Shown here one piece after another: positions 1-5,012 of a stretch of 5,012 nucleotides of DNA. The notes under the pieces are model-generated. The model searched no databases, was not told the origin of the DNA, and worked only from the letters and a program-made list of their open reading frames with translations. Positions within the stretch are counted from its first letter, which is position 1. The number at the start of each line of letters is the position of its first letter. Origin of the DNA: Amoebidium appalachense (taxonomy: Eukaryota > Protista > Ichthyosporea); contig CAVNZM010000135.1 in assembly GCA_963693365.1 (NCBI GenBank), forward strand, positions 1 to 5,012. Reading direction: 5' to 3'. A program made the position numbers and the translations under genes.

Positions 1-1
1 G

Positions 2-181
2 ACGGAGGAGGAGGGCATGAGCGAGGGACGAGCTGTCCCCATGGAGGCAAAGAGAAAACGAACAACCCTTCTGCGAATCGACTTTTTGAAGGACTTCCTT
101 TGGCATGACATGGGGTGCGACATTCTGTCGCTGCAGTTATATGAATCAGTACAGAAAAATAGGCGGCAGTGTAGAGAATAA
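2..181 (+). CDS. 3' end of a hypothetical protein (5'-truncated by the window or started at ATG 17/41)
   Basis: Frame 2 is open from the window edge to TAA at 179-181 and reads TEEEGMSEGRAVPMEAKRKRTTLLRIDFLKDFLWHDMGCDILSLQLYESVQKNRRQCRE*. The composition is protein-like and includes a basic KRKR patch. This frame is not in the supplied ORF track. Confidence 0.55.
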   Translation, partial: TEEEGMSEGRAVPMEAKRKRTTLLRIDFLKDFLWHDMGCDILSLQLYESVQKNRRQCRE

Positions 182-196
182 TGCAGGTATCTCGCA

Positions 197-212
197 GTGC
201 GTGTGTGTGTGC
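197..212. repeat. (GT)n microsatellite / alternating purine-pyrimidine tract
   Basis: The sequence is gtgcgtgtgtgtgtgc, flanked by the complementary hexamers CGCAGT (193-198) and ACTGCG (214-219). Confidence 0.7.
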
Positions 213-240
213 GACTGCGCCCCGGATGGTGCAGCACGCG

Positions 241-248
241 TATATAAG
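241..248 (+). promoter_or_regulatory. TATA-box-like element
   Basis: TATATAAG matches the TATAWAWR consensus in GC-rich flanks. No convincing CDS follows on the + strand. Confidence 0.3.
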
Positions 249-383
249 CAGGGCCACACCCAACGTGTCGTCCGAGCGCATGCTTGTGTGTGCGCACACA
301 AATTTGTAAAAAAGCCAACGTTTTCCTTTGCCCTGAATTCAAGTTACTCTGAGCATAAAATTAATGGTTTTTTATTTGTTTCA

Positions 384-647
384 TGAGTAACAATATCTTA
401 CTCAGGGTACTCATTCTGAGTAACACAGACAAGTTTCCCCCACTAGATGTTACTCACCCAAATATGGTAAAGGTTTCATTTTTAGGTATAAAAATATGCA
501 ATTGTCATATAGTGAGTAGGATGAGTAGAATGAGTACGTACTCATCTACTGTGGGCTACGGGTATACCTAAATCTCAATCCAAAAGGAAATTGGAACACC
601 CATGGGGAGACCAGATGAGTAGGTACTCAAGCTACTCATCCTACTCA
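384..647. repeat. Cluster of 13 TGAGTA/TACTCA motifs in both orientations
   Basis: TGAGTA starts at 384, 417, 513, 522, 531 and 616. TACTCA starts at 399, 408, 451, 539, 624, 633 and 642. A 9-bp spacing recurs. Confidence 0.85.
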
Positions 648-648
648 C
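512..648. repeat. 36-bp inverted repeat (33/36 identical) with a 65-bp spacer
   Basis: 512-547 is GTGAGTAGGATGAGTAGAATGAGTACGTACTCATCT, and the reverse complement of 613-648 is GTGAGTAGGATGAGTAGCTTGAGTACCTACTCATCT. Confidence 0.92.
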
Positions 649-657
649 CCCATCACT

Positions 658-801
658 GCCTATAGGCATGCCCCGTGTGCAGGGCACTGATTTCTGCCCT
701 CTTCTGGTTGGTGCCAAGAGGCAGTGCCCTACACATGTGGTGTCTAAACAGCCTATAGGCATGCTCTGTGTGCAGGGCACTGATTTCTACCCTCTTCTGG
801 T
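658..801. repeat. 51-bp direct repeat x2 (48/51 identical), period 93 bp
   Basis: 658-708 and 751-801 share GCCTATAGGCATGCYCYGTGTGCAGGGCACTGATTTCTRCCCTCTTCTGGT. Each copy begins with the palindrome GCCTATAGGC. Confidence 0.92.
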
Positions 802-851
802 ATTCTGAAATCACTCGCAAGTGTTATCCCTCATGATTGTATCAATCCGTT

Positions 852-1196
852 TCATGGAGTCTTAGCGGACTGGCCCAGCCGTATGAGACAGGCCCGTAGA
901 AAGTCCTTTTGCTTCTTCAGCTTGTCGTTTTCCAGCTGCAGCTCTTGGTTCTCCACCACCAAATTCTTGTTCTCTTCGCACACCTTGTTGCGCTCCTCTT
1001 GCAGGCCCTTGATCACCTCCCGCTGGTTCTTGTTCATTGTGCGCAGCGCGTCGTTGTCCTTGTCCATGTCGTTGTTCAACTCCCTCAGCTGCTGGATCAG
1101 CCCGTGCAGCCCCTCGTTGGCCTCCTTCAGCATCTTGTTGGTCTCTTGCAGCTGCTTGGTGTGTGCATCTTGGCGCTGTGTATCTGTTTCATCCAT
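852..1196 (-). CDS. Hypothetical 114-aa coiled-coil / leucine-zipper-like protein
   Basis: ATG start and TGA stop. The protein is E/K/Q/N/L-rich with continuous heptad periodicity (e.g. EENKNLVVENQELQLENDKLKKQKDFL). The ORF is more GC-rich than the AT-rich region upstream of it. Confidence 0.8.
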   Translation of the reverse strand: MDETDTQRQDAHTKQLQETNKMLKEANEGLHGLIQQLRELNNDMDKDNDALRTMNKNQREVIKGLQEERNKVCEENKNLVVENQELQLENDKLKKQKDFLRACLIRLGQSAKTP

Positions 1197-1252
1197 TGTG
1201 TCGTTTGCAGCCGGTTGGGCAGGAGGTGTTTAGTTTTTCTATCTTTCTATCC

Positions 1253-1470
1253 ACGAAGCAAAGCAGTGTGAACAAAAAAAAAACGTCCCTCTTATTTTTA
1301 CGAAGCAAAAGTGTGACCCAAAAAAACCGTCCCTCTTACACAGTGCAAAATAAAGCAAAATCCTATGATGCGCAAACACACCGTGAACTAAAAAAACTCG
1401 CCACTGATTATTTACACGAAGTAAAGCAGTGTGAACAAAAAAAAGCGCCCCTTACACAATGCAAAATAAA
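1253..1470. repeat. Degenerate ~42-55 bp direct repeat x3 (plus a partial copy) upstream of the coiled-coil gene
   Basis: The pattern ACGAAGYAAA(GC)AGTGTGA..CA(n)..CG.CCC..TTA(CACARTGCAAAATAAA) occurs at ~1253-1294, ~1300-1354 and ~1416-1470. A partial GTGAACTAAAAAAA copy starts at ~1383. Confidence 0.8.
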
Positions 1471-1490
1471 ACACACACACACACACACAC
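1471..1490. repeat. (AC)10 microsatellite
   Basis: The sequence is acacacacacacacacacac. Confidence 0.95.
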
Positions 1491-1761
1491 CAAGCCATTT
1501 GTATCCAGCTCGGACCCCTTTTTGTGCGCACACTTCTGGTTGGTGTATAAGTATTGGATCCACGTGAGCGCGAGTTTCCTAAGTGCTGCTCAAAAAGTGA
1601 CATATGTGATTGTGTACTTTTCCTGACCAATTTTTGTATCCCTGATAGACAGAATAATGCTCGTAATTGTTGGGAAGCATATTCGTGTTTTTTTAGGGGT
1701 TGCTACATCAAAATACATTGTGTTCAAACACTGATGGCCAAGTTGCAAAGATCGGATTACA

Positions 1762-2010
1762 ATCCAATCTGTCAAAATGACAATTCTCAAGTCAAAACAT
1801 GCTCTTGTTGATCCAATCAGAATTCATCAATCAGTCAGCAGATTTGGTTGAGCCCCAACTTATCGGATACACCAAGATGCCTAAATGACAATTAGCTAAT
1901 CAGATGTTCACGCGATCTCTAGATCCAATCAAGCGTCGCGGCTGGGGTATATCCAACCAATCTAATGCAATAAAGCATCTGATGCCAAAGCCGGGCACGG
2001 CATATAAAAG
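1762..2010 (+). promoter_or_regulatory. Putative RNA polymerase II-type promoter: multiple CCAAT boxes plus a TATA box
   Basis: CCAATC starts at 1764, 1813, 1925 and 1957 (ATCCAATC three times), with variants TCAATCAG at 1827 and CTAATCAG at 1896. TATAAAAG lies at 2003-2010, ~80 bp upstream of ATG 2089. Confidence 0.6.
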
Positions 2011-2088
2011 CCCATACTCTCTTCAATCCACACACCTTTTCCATGTTAGCTAGCTTCTCCCTTGGCACACAACGTACATCCAACTGTC

Positions 2089-2824
2089 ATGAAAATGAGT
2101 TCTAAAGACATCAAAGATCTAGAAAGGCGCGCTGAAAAAATAGAGACAAGACTCAAGACTTTGGAGGAGGATGCAAAGGCCCTGCGGGACACCCAGGCCC
2201 GTTTCGCGCGCGCCCTTGCTAGGCACGCCCGCATGGCTTTAAGCAAGCGCACCACTACAGCAGCAACCGTGGCACCCCCAGCGCTGACCGTGGCACCCCC
2301 AGCGCTGACCGTGGCACCCCCTGTCCTGGCAGCGGCACCTGCACTTCGTGCTGGCGAGCATGGCAGCTCCTATCCCGTGGACTTGGCCCCCCTGCCCCTG
2401 CAGCGCTCACGTTTGCACATCACACAGGGGTCCAAGACACAGGAGAAACCACGAAGACAGCAGAAGAGGACACGAGAGGAAGTCAGAAGCTCTAGGTCGG
2501 AGGAGGAGCACCATTCTCCAGTGCCTCCTTGGTTCAACTGGAAGACCTTCACACAGGGGGTCCAAGACACGGGAGAAACCACGAAGACAGCAGAAGAGGA
2601 CACGAGAGGAAGTCAAAAGCTCTGGGTCGGAGGTACAGGAGGAAGTGCCTCCTTGGTTCAAGACCTTGCTATGGGGACCTGAGGAGTACTCGTCTTCTGA
2701 GGAGCACTCGTCTTCCGAGTCCAAGACCTTGACACGGGGACAGCAGAAAAGGGCACGAGCCAGTGAAGCCAGCAGCTCTGGGGCGTCTTCCGAGTCTTCA
2801 GACGGAGATATCAACTGGCCTTGA
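2089..2824 (+). CDS. Hypothetical protein (N-terminal coiled coil, Pro/Ala repeats, duplicated basic segment, Ser/Glu tail) with an apparent 1-nt frameshift at 2556-2560
   Basis: ATG 2089 (or 2095) gives MKMSSKDIKDLERRAEKIETRLKTLEED... The duplicated peptide QGSKTQEKPRRQQKRTREEV recurs as GSKTREKPRRQQKRTREEV in the frame of the 2348-2824 ORF. Removing one G joins the two frames into a 244-aa ORF ending at TGA 2822-2824. As sequenced, the ORF stops at 2682. Confidence 0.7.
2266..2328 (+). repeat. In-frame 21-bp tandem repeat x3 (TVAPPAL)
   Basis: ACCGTGGCACCCCCAGCGCTG x2 followed by ACCGTGGCACCCCCTGTCCTG. Confidence 0.95.
2420..2667 (+). repeat. ~129-bp intragenic tandem duplication, with a third degenerate copy at ~2719-2759
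   Basis: 2420-2548 and 2549-2667 share TCACACAGGGG(G)TCCAAGACAC.GGAGAAACCACGAAGACAGCAGAAGAGGACACGAGAGGAAGTCA...GTGCCTCCTTGGTTCAA. Confidence 0.92.
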
Positions 2825-2903
2825 CACGGTGAAAAAAGGGGCCGCTATTAGAGAGTAGCCTCAGGCTATTCTAGTGCTTGTGTGCAGGTGTACTTAACAT
2901 TGA

Positions 2904-4277
2904 GTGTGCTTAGGGTGGGGCTGTGCAGACGTGTACTTAAAGGGCCGGGCTGTGCAGACGTGTACTTAGGATGGTGCAGACGTGTACTTAAAGGGTGGGG
3001 CTGTGCAGACGTGTACTTAAAGGGTGGGGCTGTGCAGACGTGTACTTAGGATGGTGTAGACGTGTACTTAGGGTGGTGCAGAGTGTACTTAGGGTGGTGC
3101 AGAGGTGTACTTAGGATGGTGTAGACGTGTACTTAGGGTGGTGCAGAGTGTACTTAGGGTGGTGCAGAGGTGTACTTAGGGTGGTGCAGAGGTGTACTTA
3201 GGGCTGTGCAGACGTGTACTTAGGGTGGGGCTGTGCAGAGTGTACTTAGGGTGGTGCAGAGGTGTACTTAGGGCTGTGCAGACGTGTACTTAGGGTGGGG
3301 CTGTGCAGAGTGTACTTAGGGTGGTGCAGAGTGTACTTAGGGCTGTGCAGACGTGTACTTAGGGTGGGGCTGTGCAGAGTGTACTTAGGGTGGTGCTGAG
3401 TGTACTTAGGGTGGTGCAGAGTGTACTTAGGGTGGGGCTGTGCAGAGGCGTGCTTAGGGTGGTGCAGAGTGTACTTAGGGTGGTGCAGAGGTGTACTTAG
3501 GGTGGTGCAGACGTGTACTTAGGGTGGTGCAGACGTGTACTTAGGGTGGTGCAGAGGTGTACTTAGGGTGGTGCAGAGGTGTACTTAGGGTGGTGCAGAG
3601 GTGTACTTAGGGTGGTGCAGACGTGTACTTAGGGTGGTGCAGAGGTGTGCTTAGGGTGGTGCAGACGTGTACTTAGGGTGGGGCTGTGCACCACAGTGTA
3701 CTTAGGGTGGTGCAGACGTGTACTTAGGGTGGGGCTGTGCACCACAGTGTACCCAGGGTGGTGCAGACGTGTACTTGGGGTGGGGCTGTACACCACAGTG
3801 TACTTAGGGTGGTGCAGACGTGTACTTAGGGTGGTGCAGAGGTGTACTTAGGGTGGTGCAGACGTGTACTTAGGGGTGGTGCAGAGGTGCACTTAGGGTG
3901 GTGCAGAGGTGTACTTAGGGTGGTGCAGACGTGTACTTAGGGTGGTGCAGAAGTGTACTTAGGGTGGTGCAGACGTGTACTTAGGGTGGTGCAGACGGTG
4001 TGCCCAGGGGTGGTGCAGAGGTGTACTTAGGGGTGGGTGCAGAGGTGTACTTAGGGTGGTGCAGACGTGTGCTTAGGGTGGTGCAGAGGTGTACTTAGGG
4101 TGGTGCAGACGTGTACTTAGGGTGGTGCAGACGTGTACTTAGGGTGGTGCAGAGGTGTACTTAGGGTGGTGCAGACGTGCACTTAGGGTGGGGCTGTGCA
4201 CCACAGTGTACTTAGGGTGGTGCAGACGTGTACTTAGGGTGGGGCTGTGCACCACAGTGTACTTAGGGTGGTGCAGA
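2904..4277 (+). repeat. G-rich minisatellite of ~59 units, 21-29 bp each (consensus 22-mer GTGTACTTAGGGTGGTGCAGAS), most containing one TTAGGG
   Basis: Parsed by hand at each GTGTAC anchor. Variants are a 21/22-mer, a 26/27-mer (..GGGTGGGGCTGTGCAGA(C)) and 29-mers (..TTAAAGGG.. or ..GGGGCTGTGCACCACA). Partial copies occur at 2888 and 4278, with decayed copies out to ~4412. Confidence 0.97.
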
Positions 4278-4597
4278 GTGTACTTAGGTGGGTGTCTTGT
4301 GGTGAAAGTAAAGTTTATGGCATACAGGCAGATGTGTGCTTTAAGCCTTAGGGAACTGTGGGCAGACATGTCAACACTTGGGCCTATGGGTAGACGTGTA
4401 CACACTTAGTGTATTTGTTTGTGCCTCTCATGGTTATTTTATAGCATGAAGCACTGCAAAAAATGGTGTATGTTTCCGTGGTCCACGTACACAGAATCCT
4501 TTAATATGAACACAAGTGATTGTGGATAGAAAAAGAGTACGTACGTACATGATAGTCTAGTCAGATTACAAAGAACAAATCAACTTGAATCGGGTAT

Positions 4598-4676
4598 ATT
4601 CAAATACAAACTAAAAGAGAAAAGAAAGAAACAAATAAATCAAGACCGATCAATTCAAATACAAATCAAAAGAGAA
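4598..4676. repeat. 24-bp A-rich direct repeat x2 downstream of the - strand CDS
   Basis: ATTCAAATACAAACTAAAAGAGAA (4598-4621) and ATTCAAATACAAATCAAAAGAGAA (4653-4676). Confidence 0.75.
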
Positions 4677-4699
4677 TGCCACTTAGTCGACCAATCAAA

Positions 4700-5011
4700 T
4701 CAGTACATCTCATGCTCATACTGGTCAAACTCTTCCTGGTCAAGATCAATGAGGGGAATTTCTTCAGTTTGTTTATGTTTGGGTTCAGGTTTGCGGTCAT
4801 ACACGACCGACTCACGATCAGACGCAGATTCGTCATCTGTCATATCATCGAGTACCTGATTTGCCCGTCGTTTGAGCCGCTTGGGGTTGAATGCTTCATC
4901 TGAGTCCCAATCACATTGATCATGGACGCGTTTGGCGGGTGAGGCAGGTGAAGAGACAGACTCATTACCACCTGTGTATGCCTTCAAGTTCTTCTCCCGT
5001 CGCAGAATCTT
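4700..5011 (-). CDS. C-terminal part of a hypothetical acidic, probably disordered nuclear protein (5'-truncated by the window)
   Basis: The frame stays open upstream of the TTG at 4987 to the window edge (KILRREKNLKAYTGGNESVSSPASPAKR...PKRLKRR...EEIPLIDLDQEEFDQYEHEMY*). The stop is TGA at 4702-4700. Confidence 0.75.
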   Translation of the reverse strand, partial: KILRREKNLKAYTGGNESVSSPASPAKRVHDQCDWDSDEAFNPKRLKRRANQVLDDMTDDESASDRESVVYDRKPEPKHKQTEEIPLIDLDQEEFDQYEHEMY

Positions 5012-5012
5012 C

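Noticed and set aside
105-780. ORFs 105-386, 383-571 and 568-780
   Set aside because: They translate microsatellites and repeats. The shared VSRMS..STYSS peptide simply reflects the DNA inverted repeat.
658-801. Mini-CRISPR (repeat-spacer-repeat) or LTR pair
   Set aside because: There are only two 51-bp copies, with no cas genes, no TG..CA termini and no internal coding region.
883-1567. + strand ORFs 883-1233, 909-1271 and 1037-1567
   Set aside because: They are antisense shadows of the coiled-coil gene or run through A-tract and CA repeats, and their composition is implausible.
1412-1811. Short ORFs 1412-1630, 1554-1811 and 1590-1790
   Set aside because: They lie in AT-rich intergenic DNA, overlap one another and show no protein-like features.
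2046-2814. - strand ORFs 2046-2255, 2370-2603 and 2407-2814, and + strand ORF 2529-2732
   Set aside because: They are shadow or alternate frames of the 2089-2824 gene.
2904-4277. CRISPR array
   Set aside because: Units abut directly with no unique spacers, the variation is a few recurring variants, and there are no cas-like ORFs.
2904-4295. True chromosome telomere
   Set aside because: The array is internal with unique sequence on both sides, TTAGGG is never contiguous, and the higher-order duplications point to recombination.
3645-4409. ORFs 3645-3851 (+), 4155-4409 (+) and 4139-4405 (-)
   Set aside because: These are by-products of the 51-bp dimer being a multiple of 3. The + strand ORFs start at GTG, and the rest of the array is full of frameshifts and TAG stops.
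4535-4548. GAGTACGTACGTAC, similar to the 530-545 palindrome
   Set aside because: It is a single short (GTAC)3 run with no neighbouring TGAGTA motifs and could be chance.
4676-4903. + strand 75-aa hydrophobic ORF
   Set aside because: It is the antisense shadow of the acidic - strand CDS.

Overview
The window looks eukaryotic (TATA/CCAAT-like motifs, GT/CA microsatellites, no prokaryotic operon signals). It has short, apparently intronless orphan ORFs, which fits a large nuclear DNA virus, an endogenous viral element or a repeat-rich eukaryotic region; I cannot determine the source from the sequence alone. From left to right it holds: the 3' end of a + strand CDS (<2-181); a non-coding block with 13 TGAGTA/TACTCA motifs, a 36-bp inverted repeat and a 51-bp direct repeat (384-801); a - strand 114-aa coiled-coil ORF (852-1196); a divergent intergenic region with degenerate direct repeats, clustered CCAATC boxes and a TATA box; a + strand low-complexity gene with an internal duplication, split by one extra G (2089-2824); a ~1.4-kb G-rich minisatellite of ~59 units (consensus GTGTACTTAGGGTGGTGCAGAC/G, most carrying one TTAGGG) with higher-order structure (2904-4277); and the acidic C-terminus of a - strand CDS (4700->5011). 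I recognise no gene family by name.
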